From contig NZ_KK211324.1 of NCBI RefSeq assembly GCF_000621645.1, positions 137,113 through 169,112 on the forward strand: 32,000 nt of DNA, in the 5' to 3' direction. Both the position numbers and the translations under genes were made by a program. Position 1 is the first letter of the stretch; every line of letters starts with the position of its first letter. This document shows positions 8,010 through 15,921 of the stretch, one piece after another. Origin of the DNA: Vibrio cholerae ATCC 14035. GTDB lineage: Bacteria; Pseudomonadota; Gammaproteobacteria; Enterobacterales; Vibrionaceae. A model generated the notes under the pieces. That model ran no database searches. It saw nothing but the letters and a program-made list of their open reading frames with translations, and had not been told where the DNA came from.

Positions 8010-10052
8010 TTACGCGGCGATTCCGGCATGACGCAACAGAGCATCAATTTGTGGTTCGCGGCCACGGAAGCGCTTAAACAGCTCCATCGGCTCTTCGCTG
8101 CCACCCATCTCAAGGATGTTGTTGAGGAAGCTTTGGCCAGTCTCACGGTTGAAAATGCCTTCTTCTTCAAAGCGTGAGAATGCATCCGCCGAAAGCACTT
8201 CTGCCCACAAGTAGCTGTAGTAACCGGCGCTGTAGCCACCCGCAAAAATATGGCTAAAGCTGTGCGAGAAGCGGTTCCACTCCAAGCCCGGCAGCACTGC
8301 TACTTTCTTTTTCACTTCCGCCAAGGTTTCCAGCACTTTGGGCCCCACTTCTGGGTCGTAAGTGGTGTGCAGCGTGAAGTCGAACAATCCGAACTCCAAC
8401 TGACGCAGAATAAACATCGCCGATTGGAAGTTTTTCGCCGCCAGCATTTTATCGAGCATGGCTTTCGGCAGTGGCTCACCCGTTTGGTAATGACCAGAAA
8501 TGAACGCCAGCGCCTCTTCTTGCCAGCACCAGTTTTCCAAGAATTGGCTTGGCAGCTCGACTGCATCCCAAGGCACACCATTGATGCCGGATACCGCGCC
8601 CACTTCCACTTGCGTCAGCATATGGTGAATGCCGTGACCAAATTCGTGGAACAGAGTCGTCACTTCGTCGTGGGTAAACAGCGCAGGCTTATCGCCGACT
8701 GGGCGGTTGAAGTTACACGTCAGGTAAGCCACTGGTGTTTGCAGTGCGCCACTGTCGGTAGTGCGACGTACACGACACTCATCCATCCACGCGCCACCGC
8801 GTTTGTGTTCACGCGCATACAGGTCGAGATAGAAGCTGCCACGCAGCGTTCCTTGCGCATCAAAAATATCAAAAAAGCGCACCGATTCGTGCCATACATC
8901 TACCCCTTGGCGCTCTTTGACTTGCATGCCAAACAAACGGCTCAGCACTTCAAACAGGCCATTCACTACTTTTTGTTCTGGGAAGTAAGGGCGCAGCTCT
9001 TCATCGGAGATTTCAAACAGATGCTGCTTTTGCTTTTCGCTGTAGTAAGCAATATCCCACAGCTCAAGCTGCTTGACGCCAAACTCACTTTCGGCAAATT
9101 GGCGCAGCTCTTCCACTTCACGCTCACCTTGTGGTTTGGCTTTGTTGGCGAGATCATTTAAGAAACCAAGCACTTGGTCAGTGGTTTGCGCCATTTTGGT
9201 CGCCAGCGATTTTTCGCTGTAAGTGCTAAAGCCGAGCATACGCGCGATCTCATGGCGCAGTTTGAGCTGCTCAGCAATGATTTCGCTGTTATCCCATTTA
9301 CCCGCATTCGGGCCGCGATCCGAAGCGCGCGTGACATACGCTTCATACACTTCTTTGCGCAGTGCTTGGTTATCACAGTAAGTCATCACTGGTAGATAAG
9401 ACGGAATATCCAAGGTCAGCAGATACCCCTCTAAACCTTTGGCTTCGGCTGCTGCTTGTGCCGCCGCCAGTGCCGATTCCGGCATGCCCGCGAGCAGGTT
9501 TACATCGGTGATCTGCTTGGTCCACCCCATGGTGGCATCCAGCACGTTGTTGGAGAACTTAGAGCCAAGCTCAGACATACGCTTACTGATTTCGCCATAG
9601 CGCTTTTGCTCTTGCAGTGGCAAGCCGATGCCTGACAATTCAAAATCACGCAGACTGTCGCTGATGGTTTTTTGCTGCGCGCGATCGAGCTTGGCAAACT
9701 CCGCGCTCTCTTTAATGGTTTTGTAGGCTTCAAACAGCCCTTTATGCTGACCAACCCAAGTGCTGTACTCGGACAACAGCGGTAAGCAGCTTTCGTAGGC
9801 TTCACGCAGCTCATCACTGTTCACCACCGAATTCATATGGCTGACCGGTGACCAGATACGACTTAAGCGATCATCGACCTCTTCAATCGGCGCAATCACA
9901 CTTTCCCAGCTCGGTTGTGGATTTTCGGCTAAAACCTTATCTATGGTGTGGCGACAATCCGCTATCGCCTGCTCAACCGCTGGCTTTACGTGCTCCGGTT
10001 TAATCGCAGAAAACGGCGGCAGATCCGTAAAGGTAAGAAGTGGGTTTGACAT
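8010..10052 (-). CDS. prlC: oligopeptidase A (M3 zinc metallopeptidase)
   Basis: The track ORF runs to 10178, but the ATG at 10052 (MSNPLLTFTDLPPFSAIKPEHVKPAVEQ) follows an aaaggaa RBS and gives 680 aa, the length of E. coli PrlC. The zinc motif is FHEFGHGIHH. The upstream 42 codons are AT-rich and look non-coding. Confidence 0.9.
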   Translation of the reverse strand: MSNPLLTFTDLPPFSAIKPEHVKPAVEQAIADCRHTIDKVLAENPQPSWESVIAPIEEVDDRLSRIWSPVSHMNSVVNSDELREAYESCLPLLSEYSTWVGQHKGLFEAYKTIKESAEFAKLDRAQQKTISDSLRDFELSGIGLPLQEQKRYGEISKRMSELGSKFSNNVLDATMGWTKQITDVNLLAGMPESALAAAQAAAEAKGLEGYLLTLDIPSYLPVMTYCDNQALRKEVYEAYVTRASDRGPNAGKWDNSEIIAEQLKLRHEIARMLGFSTYSEKSLATKMAQTTDQVLGFLNDLANKAKPQGEREVEELRQFAESEFGVKQLELWDIAYYSEKQKQHLFEISDEELRPYFPEQKVVNGLFEVLSRLFGMQVKERQGVDVWHESVRFFDIFDAQGTLRGSFYLDLYAREHKRGGAWMDECRVRRTTDSGALQTPVAYLTCNFNRPVGDKPALFTHDEVTTLFHEFGHGIHHMLTQVEVGAVSGINGVPWDAVELPSQFLENWCWQEEALAFISGHYQTGEPLPKAMLDKMLAAKNFQSAMFILRQLEFGLFDFTLHTTYDPEVGPKVLETLAEVKKKVAVLPGLEWNRFSHSFSHIFAGGYSAGYYSYLWAEVLSADAFSRFEEEGIFNRETGQSFLNNILEMGGSEEPMELFKRFRGREPQIDALLRHAGIAA

Positions 10053-10331
10053 AAAAAGATTCCTTTTCAGCATAGAGACAGGCCGAATTTTGACCTGTGA
10101 GTTGTATAAGTAAATATAGGTAGCAGAACGATTTTTCAATAGCTGACCCAAGGAAAAGCGTTGCAAAATACGACTCACTCGCGCCTTAAATCCCCTAAAA
10201 AACCACGCCGTTACGCTGCGCGCTGCACGTAAAATCGGTATATAATCGAGCCAATATTTTTGTTTCTATTACTGGACGCAAGTCAATCAGCGGTCAGTAC
10301 AGCGCCCCTCAAGCGGGTTTGAGAGTCTATT

Positions 10332-11171
10332 TTGTTAAGTTACCGACACAGTTTCCACGCAGGCAATCATGCGGATGTGCTCAAGCACATCGTACAGAGC
10401 CTGATCCTCAATTCTCTGCAACAAAAAGAGAAACCTTTTGTCTACCATGATACTCACTCTGGCGTAGGTCGTTACGATCTGACCCATGAGTGGTCGGAAA
10501 AAACCGGCGAATACAAGCAAGGCATTGCCCGCGTTTGGCAACAAGACAACATTCCGGCGGAGCTCGATAGCTATCTGGATGCGATTCGCCAGCTCAATCA
10601 AGGGGAAACACTGCGTTACTACCCGGGTTCACCTCGAGTCGCCCGCGCCCATCTGCGTGAGCAGGATCGCATGGTACTGACTGAGCTGCATCCAAGCGAT
10701 TACCCATTGCTGGAGCAAGAGTTTCACCGCGATCGCCAAGTCTCTATCTATAAAGAAGATGGCTTCGCACGCCTGAAAGCCAGTTTGCCGCCGCAAGAAC
10801 GCCGCGGTTTAGTGCTGATTGACCCGCCTTATGAGCTGGCTAAAGAGTACCGCGATGTGGTGCGCGCTATCGCTCAGAGTTACAAACGCTGGGCAACGGG
10901 TATTTATGCGATTTGGTATCCAGTGGTCAATCGCTGCGATATCGATGACATGTTAGAAGGCTTGCAAGGCTTAGAGATTCGTAAAATCTTACAAATTGAA
11001 CTCGGTGTCGCGCCAGATACCAATGAGCGCGGCATGACCGCCTCGGGCATGATAGTGATTAATCCGCCATGGACGCTGGAAAGCCAGATGCAGACCATTT
11101 TGCCTTTCCTCAAACAGGCGATTGCCCCCGCTACTGGACACTATAAAGTCGAGTGGGTGGTACCAGAATAA
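10332..11171 (+). CDS. rlmJ: 23S rRNA (adenine2030-N6)-methyltransferase RlmJ (YhiR)
   Basis: MLSYRHSFHAGNHADVLKH... is identical over the first 19 aa to E. coli RlmJ as I recall it. DPPYE and MIVINPPW motifs are present. The product is 279 aa. The first codon is TTG, with no in-frame ATG that preserves the conserved N-terminus. The prlC-rlmJ-gor synteny is as in E. coli. Confidence 0.85.
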   Translation: MLSYRHSFHAGNHADVLKHIVQSLILNSLQQKEKPFVYHDTHSGVGRYDLTHEWSEKTGEYKQGIARVWQQDNIPAELDSYLDAIRQLNQGETLRYYPGSPRVARAHLREQDRMVLTELHPSDYPLLEQEFHRDRQVSIYKEDGFARLKASLPPQERRGLVLIDPPYELAKEYRDVVRAIAQSYKRWATGIYAIWYPVVNRCDIDDMLEGLQGLEIRKILQIELGVAPDTNERGMTASGMIVINPPWTLESQMQTILPFLKQAIAPATGHYKVEWVVPE

Positions 11172-11276
11172 GCTGTTTTTTCATCAAGGCGGGTGGATTG
11201 TGACGCCCTAGCCCTGATATAAGGAATACAAGAAAAGAGCGAAGAGCATCTTCGCCAGACATAATTGGAGAAAGTA

Positions 11277-12632
11277 ATGGCAACACATTTTGACTACCTG
11301 TGCATTGGTGGTGGCAGCGGTGGTATCGCTTCCGCTAACCGCGCGGCGATGTATGGCGCGAAAGTCGCTCTCATCGAAGCCAAAGATCTCGGCGGCACTT
11401 GTGTCAACGTTGGCTGCGTACCGAAAAAGGTGATGTGGCACGGCGCGCAAATCGCAGAAGCGATGCACCTTTATGCAGAAGATTACGGCTTTGATGTCGA
11501 TGTGAAAAACTTCAACTGGGCAAAGCTGGTGGAAAGCCGTCAAGCCTACATTGGCCGCATCCATCAATCTTACGATCGTGTTCTGGGCAACAACAAAGTT
11601 CACGTGATTAAGGGCTTCGCTAAGTTTGTTGATGCGAAAACCGTCGAAGTGAACGGCGAACTTTACACGGCTGACCATATTCTGATTGCCGTAGGTGGTC
11701 GCCCAAGCATTCCAAATATTCCAGGCGCAGAATACGGCATCGACTCGAACGGCTTTTTTGAGCTGAGCGAGCAGCCAAAACGCGTTGCGGTGATCGGTGC
11801 TGGTTACATCGCAGTAGAAATCGCGGGCGTGCTGAATGCGCTAGGTACAGAAACCCACCTGTTCTGCCGCAAAGAGTCTCCACTGCGTAGTTTCGACCCC
11901 ATGATCATCGAAACCTTAGTGGAAGTGATGAATACGGAAGGACCACAACTGCACACCCATAGCGTGCCAAAACAAGTGGTGAAAGAAGCCGATGGTAGCC
12001 TGACGCTGCATCTGGAAAATGGTCAGACGTACAACGTGGATACTCTGATTTGGGCGATCGGTCGCCACCCTGCCACCGATGCCATCAACCTAGCGGCAAC
12101 GGGCGTTGCGACCAATGAGCAAGGCTACATCAAGGTCGATGAGTTCCAAAACACTAACGTTGCAGGCATTTACTGTGTCGGCGATATCATGGAAGGCGGC
12201 ATTGAGCTGACTCCGGTGGCCGTAAAAGCAGGTCGCCAACTCTCTGAGCGCCTGTTTAACAACAAACTGAACGCCAAGATGGATTACCAGTTGGTACCAA
12301 CCGTGGTGTTTAGCCACCCACCGATCGGCACCATTGGCCTTACTGAACCACAAGCGATTGCGCAATACGGCGCAGAGAATGTGAAAGTGTACAAATCCAG
12401 CTTCACCGCCATGTACACCGCCGTCACCTCTCACCGTCAGCCATGCAAAATGAAGCTGGTGTGCGCAGGCCCACAAGAGACCGTGGTTGGTCTACACGGC
12501 ATCGGTTTTGCGGTTGATGAGATGATCCAAGGTTTTGGTGTCGCGATGAAAATGGGCGCAACCAAAGCCGATTTCGATTCCGTGGTCGCAATTCACCCTA
12601 CGGGCTCGGAAGAGTTTGTTACGATGCGGTAG
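11277..12632 (+). CDS. gor: glutathione-disulfide reductase
   Basis: The ATG at 11277 lies 6 nt after a GGAG; the track start at 11265 is [57 protein letters not shown] contains the FAD fold GGGSGG and the redox-active [10 protein letters not shown] disulfide. The C-terminal [12 protein letters not shown] is typical of Gor. The product is 451 aa. Confidence 0.95.
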   Translation: MATHFDYLCIGGGSGGIASANRAAMYGAKVALIEAKDLGGTCVNVGCVPKKVMWHGAQIAEAMHLYAEDYGFDVDVKNFNWAKLVESRQAYIGRIHQSYDRVLGNNKVHVIKGFAKFVDAKTVEVNGELYTADHILIAVGGRPSIPNIPGAEYGIDSNGFFELSEQPKRVAVIGAGYIAVEIAGVLNALGTETHLFCRKESPLRSFDPMIIETLVEVMNTEGPQLHTHSVPKQVVKEADGSLTLHLENGQTYNVDTLIWAIGRHPATDAINLAATGVATNEQGYIKVDEFQNTNVAGIYCVGDIMEGGIELTPVAVKAGRQLSERLFNNKLNAKMDYQLVPTVVFSHPPIGTIGLTEPQAIAQYGAENVKVYKSSFTAMYTAVTSHRQPCKMKLVCAGPQETVVGLHGIGFAVDEMIQGFGVAMKMGATKADFDSVVAIHPTGSEEFVTMR

Positions 12633-12661
12633 CGGCATCGAGATTCCGTTCTGCTCAAAAA

Positions 12662-12690
12662 GAAAGCGGCCATCGCCGCTTTCTTTTTAT
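12662..12690. terminator. bidirectional Rho-independent terminator between convergent gor and the SPOR-protein gene
   Basis: gaaagcggc-catc-gccgctttc forms a 9-bp stem. It is flanked by aaaaa on the 5' side and ttttta on the 3' side, so it is usable on both strands. Confidence 0.75.
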
Positions 12691-12726
12691 CGATTTTTCT
12701 TTTTTAGAAAATCATGCCGAAAAGCT

Positions 12727-13674
12727 TTACTTTACACACACTACATTGAGTAGTGATGAGCCTTTTAACACATTGAGTTTGCCGGTGGTGAACATCCCTT
12801 TGCGCCCTTCTCCCCAATACGGTAACTGTACTGGCCACTGATGTTGCTGCATCTGTTTCGATTTTAATAACGCTGACCACTCTTGTTCAGTAGCGAGACG
12901 CATCCCTAGATCTCTACATACAATTTGCGCGGCATCATAGTCGAGGCGATTCCACGCCTGATCATGCTCCATGTAAAACTGCACTTTCGGATTGTCGCTG
13001 TACGGCACAGCAAAGGTTTGGCTGCCTACTTTCACTTGCTGGCGCAATACAAAACCACTGTTTCCCGAAGGTTTAGGTGTGCTGCTCAGTTTTGCTACGG
13101 GTTTGGTTGGCGCGGCGGCGGGTACCACAGTGGGAGCGGATTTTTCTTCGCTTTTCGGTTTACTCGCGGGCTTAGGTGCTGAAGCTTCTGATACCGCTGT
13201 GTTGGCAGCCGGAGCCACCGCAGCGGTTGTGGGTTTGGCTTTCATCACCGGCTGCTGCGCTGAAGTTTTCACCACTTGGCGAATGAATGCTTGCTCAAAG
13301 GTCGCCAGTTTTTTGACCTTTTTCAGCTCCTTGCTGGCGAGAGCAAAATCGCTATAAGGGCCGATCAAACAGCGCGCGCCTTTGGGCTCAGGTTTGACCC
13401 AAATATCGGTCGAGATATGTTCATAAAGGGTTTTTACTGTGGTGAGCGGCATCGGTTTGCTTAACATGCCACATTGGATCCAAAACAGAGAGTCTCCCCG
13501 CTTGGGCTTTTTGCCCCACAAGCCATCGCCAATTGGGCAAGCCTCATCCAGCACAGGTAATTGGTTAACCGCCGCCTGCTGCGCATCGCACAAATAGTCA
13601 CTCTCGGCTGAAGCAATGGGGGCGAATAACAGTAAAGCCACACTCAGGTTGCAGCATAGAATCCATTTCGGCAT
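12727..13674 (-). CDS. secreted protein: signal peptide, SPOR-like domain, Pro/Ala/Lys-rich linker and a C-terminal lectin/FGE-like fold
   Basis: GGAG RBS before the ATG at 13674. The N-terminus MPKWILCCNLSVALLLFAPIASA|ESD is a signal peptide. ARCLIGPYSDFALASKELKKVKKLATFEQAFIRQV resembles a SPOR (peptidoglycan-binding) repeat. Residues about 140-195 are low-complexity PAKST. The C-terminus QIVCRDLGMRLATEQEWSALL...YWGEG resembles the C-type-lectin/SUMF1 'RLPTEAEWE' core. Domain calls are by eye only. Confidence 0.6.
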   Translation of the reverse strand: MPKWILCCNLSVALLLFAPIASAESDYLCDAQQAAVNQLPVLDEACPIGDGLWGKKPKRGDSLFWIQCGMLSKPMPLTTVKTLYEHISTDIWVKPEPKGARCLIGPYSDFALASKELKKVKKLATFEQAFIRQVVKTSAQQPVMKAKPTTAAVAPAANTAVSEASAPKPASKPKSEEKSAPTVVPAAAPTKPVAKLSSTPKPSGNSGFVLRQQVKVGSQTFAVPYSDNPKVQFYMEHDQAWNRLDYDAAQIVCRDLGMRLATEQEWSALLKSKQMQQHQWPVQLPYWGEGRKGMFTTGKLNVLKGSSLLNVVCVK

Positions 13675-13774
13675 CCGCTTGTCTCCTTAATACTCTGTGA
13701 CTGAAATCAGGGTTCGAATCAGGCAAGTGATCTCGCCTCGAACACTTATTGGGATCCGGTATAGCAAAAATAAA

Positions 13775-13807
13775 TGCAAAAAAAGAGCCGCATTCAAATA
13801 CGGCTCT
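13775..13807 (-). terminator. Rho-independent terminator of the ABC transporter operon
   Basis: The minus strand reads agagccg-tatttgaatg-cggctct followed by ttttttgcattt. It lies about 40 nt after the last permease stop. Confidence 0.7.
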
Positions 13808-13848
13808 TAGTTTATGGAGAGTTTGTGAAGCAAATCAATCGGATTTAC

Positions 13849-14787
13849 TTACCCTTTGTAAATTTTCGGGTTAAACACATCACGCAACCAATCGCCAAGC
13901 AAGTTAATCACTAATACCAACAATACCAATACAATCCCGGGAAAGGCGGTTATCCACCATGCACCCGAGAAAATGTAGGTAAAACCGATGCTGATCAGAG
14001 AGCCCAATGACGGCTGATCGACCGGTAACCCTAAGCCAAGGAAGGAGAGTGCCGCCTCTGACATGATCGCGTTTGCCACCTGTACCGTTGAAATCACCAG
14101 GATCGGTGATAAACAGTTGGGCAGAATATGGCGGAACATGATACGCAGCGCTTTAAAGCCCATCACGCGTGCCGCTTCCACATACTCTTTTTTCTTCTCC
14201 GCCAGCACCGAAGCACGCACCGTACGCGCGTATTGTGGCCATTCCGCCACACCGATGATCACCACCAACATCACCACCGCATATTGACTGAAGAACTCCC
14301 CACCAAAACTGGCTTTAAAGATCGCCGACACAATGATCGCCACCATCATGGTGGAGAATGAGAGCTGAATATCGGCAAAACGCATTAAAAAGCTATCAAT
14401 TCGGCCACCGAAATAGCCTGCCGACAAACCAATCACAATGCCGAGTGTCAGTTGTAGGCCCACCGCCAAAAAGCCGATGGTCAGTGATAAGCGTGAGCCG
14501 TACAGAATGGTCGAGAAAATGTCACGCCCCTGCTCATCGGTGCCCAACAAAAAGTGTTCATTGCCCCCTTCCATCCATGAGGGTGGAAGCTCTGCATCCA
14601 TAATATCAATCGACGAGAGATCGTACGGGTTGGTGGGCGCAATCAAGGGCGCGCTGATTGCCACGATGACAAATAGCACAAACACCGCAAAGCTGCTCAT
14701 CGCCACTTTGTCGCGCAGGAAATAATAGAGAAAATCGGACTGCTTAAAGCGCTCCCAACGTGAAGGAGCGATCGATACTGCACTCAT
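13849..14787 (-). CDS. peptide-type (PepT/Opp-Dpp family) ABC transporter permease, DppC/GsiD-like
   Basis: 312 aa. The N-terminal FLRDKVAMSSFAVFVLFVIVAISAPLIAP and the EAA-type loop EYVEAARVMGFKALRIMFRHILPN are typical of DppC/OppC. The start lies 2 nt after the upstream stop, which suggests translational coupling. Confidence 0.85.
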   Translation of the reverse strand: MSAVSIAPSRWERFKQSDFLYYFLRDKVAMSSFAVFVLFVIVAISAPLIAPTNPYDLSSIDIMDAELPPSWMEGGNEHFLLGTDEQGRDIFSTILYGSRLSLTIGFLAVGLQLTLGIVIGLSAGYFGGRIDSFLMRFADIQLSFSTMMVAIIVSAIFKASFGGEFFSQYAVVMLVVIIGVAEWPQYARTVRASVLAEKKKEYVEAARVMGFKALRIMFRHILPNCLSPILVISTVQVANAIMSEAALSFLGLGLPVDQPSLGSLISIGFTYIFSGAWWITAFPGIVLVLLVLVINLLGDWLRDVFNPKIYKG

Positions 14788-14789
14788 GG

Positions 14790-15767
14790 TTAAGCTCCTT
14801 TGCCAGTGAGGTTGACGGTCGGGTTAATCAGGCCATACAAGAGGTCGACAATCGTGTTGGTCACGACAAAGATCAACCCAACAAAGATGACGTAGGCGGT
14901 GATAAGTGGCGTATCCACACGGTTAATCGCCTCTAAAAACAAGAAGCCCGTTCCCGGCCACTGGAATACGGTTTCGGTCAAAATGGTGTAGGCCACCATA
15001 GTACCAATCTGCACCCCACCCACGGTCAATACCGGCAACATGGTGTTTTTCAGCGCATGTTGGTAATAGATTTTGTTGAGTGGCAAACCTTTGGCTTGCG
15101 CAAACTTGATGTATTCCGAGCTCAGTACTTCGAGCATTTCCGAGCGCACGAGGCGGATGAACAGCGGCAACATAATGGAAGCCAGTGCGATAGAAGGCAA
15201 TACCAGATGGCGCAAGCCATCGAGGGTAAAGAAGCCGGACTCCCAGCCCAGTAGGTTAACGGTTTCGCCACGACCATAGGACGGCAACCAACCTAACTCA
15301 ATCGAGAAGACATACATCAGCATGATCGCGGTTAAAAAGACCGGGATCGAAATGCCGATGCTGCTGCCCGCCATCACTATCTTGGTAAACAAGCTTTTCG
15401 GATGAATCGCCGAATAGACCCCAAGCGGGATTGAAAACACTATGATGATCAACGTGGCACCAAACACCAGCTCCAGTGTCGCCACCAGCTTATCGAAGAT
15501 CACTTCCAGCGCCGGACGCTTAAAGAAATAGGAGGTCCCTAAATCCCCCTGCACCGCCGCAGTCACAAAACGAGAATATTTAATAATGAAGGGATCATTG
15601 AGGCCTAATTCGTCACGCAGTGCTTGACGCTCTGCTTCAGAAACGGACTGACCCACAAGCTCGCGCAGCGGATCACCCAGGTTGTCCTGAATGGCAAACG
15701 CTACCAAACTGATCACAAACATCACTATCAGTGCCTGATACAGGCGCTTGACCAGAAACGAAAACAT
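14790..15767 (-). CDS. peptide-type ABC transporter permease, DppB/GsiC-like
   Basis: The track ORF extends to 15818. The ATG at 15767 gives MFSFLVKRLYQALIVMFVISLVAFAI, the canonical DppB/OppB N-terminus, preceded by aagggg/aagga. The EAA loop is YIKFAQAKGLPLNKIYYQHALKN. Confidence 0.85.
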   Translation of the reverse strand: MFSFLVKRLYQALIVMFVISLVAFAIQDNLGDPLRELVGQSVSEAERQALRDELGLNDPFIIKYSRFVTAAVQGDLGTSYFFKRPALEVIFDKLVATLELVFGATLIIIVFSIPLGVYSAIHPKSLFTKIVMAGSSIGISIPVFLTAIMLMYVFSIELGWLPSYGRGETVNLLGWESGFFTLDGLRHLVLPSIALASIMLPLFIRLVRSEMLEVLSSEYIKFAQAKGLPLNKIYYQHALKNTMLPVLTVGGVQIGTMVAYTILTETVFQWPGTGFLFLEAINRVDTPLITAYVIFVGLIFVVTNTIVDLLYGLINPTVNLTGKGA

Positions 15768-15837
15768 TCCTTGCCCCTTAACTTTCCATGTGAATCTGTG
15801 GGCGCGATGAAGCCCCAAAACCTTTCAGTCTGAAAAA

Positions 15838-15906
15838 GGGTACGGGGCCCGACTGAAACAAAACCCTGTACCCGAAGAGAAGCTCTGTAGACCAACGCCT
15901 ACAGAG
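15838..15906 (-). other. two intra-operon stem-loops between the binding-protein and permease genes (possible partial terminator or mRNA stabiliser)
   Basis: On the minus strand, ctctgtag-gcgttggt-ctacagag (15883-15906) is followed by gggtac...gtaccc (15838-15873). The second stem is followed by ttttt. Confidence 0.4.
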
Positions 15907-15921
15907 CAGAGTGGTCCGAGA

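Noticed and set aside
8250-9161. 303-aa ORF antisense to prlC
   Set aside because: It lies fully inside a well-supported, full-length M3 peptidase gene on the other strand. The product is low-complexity (R/Q/F/H-rich) with no recognisable motifs, a typical shadow ORF.
10053-10178. N-terminal extensions suggested by the ORF track (prlC to 10178; permease to 15818; binding protein to 17550; gor from 11265; ggt from 1487)
   Set aside because: In each case an internal ATG with a proper RBS reproduces the conserved family N-terminus or signal peptide. The extensions are AT-rich or non-conserved.
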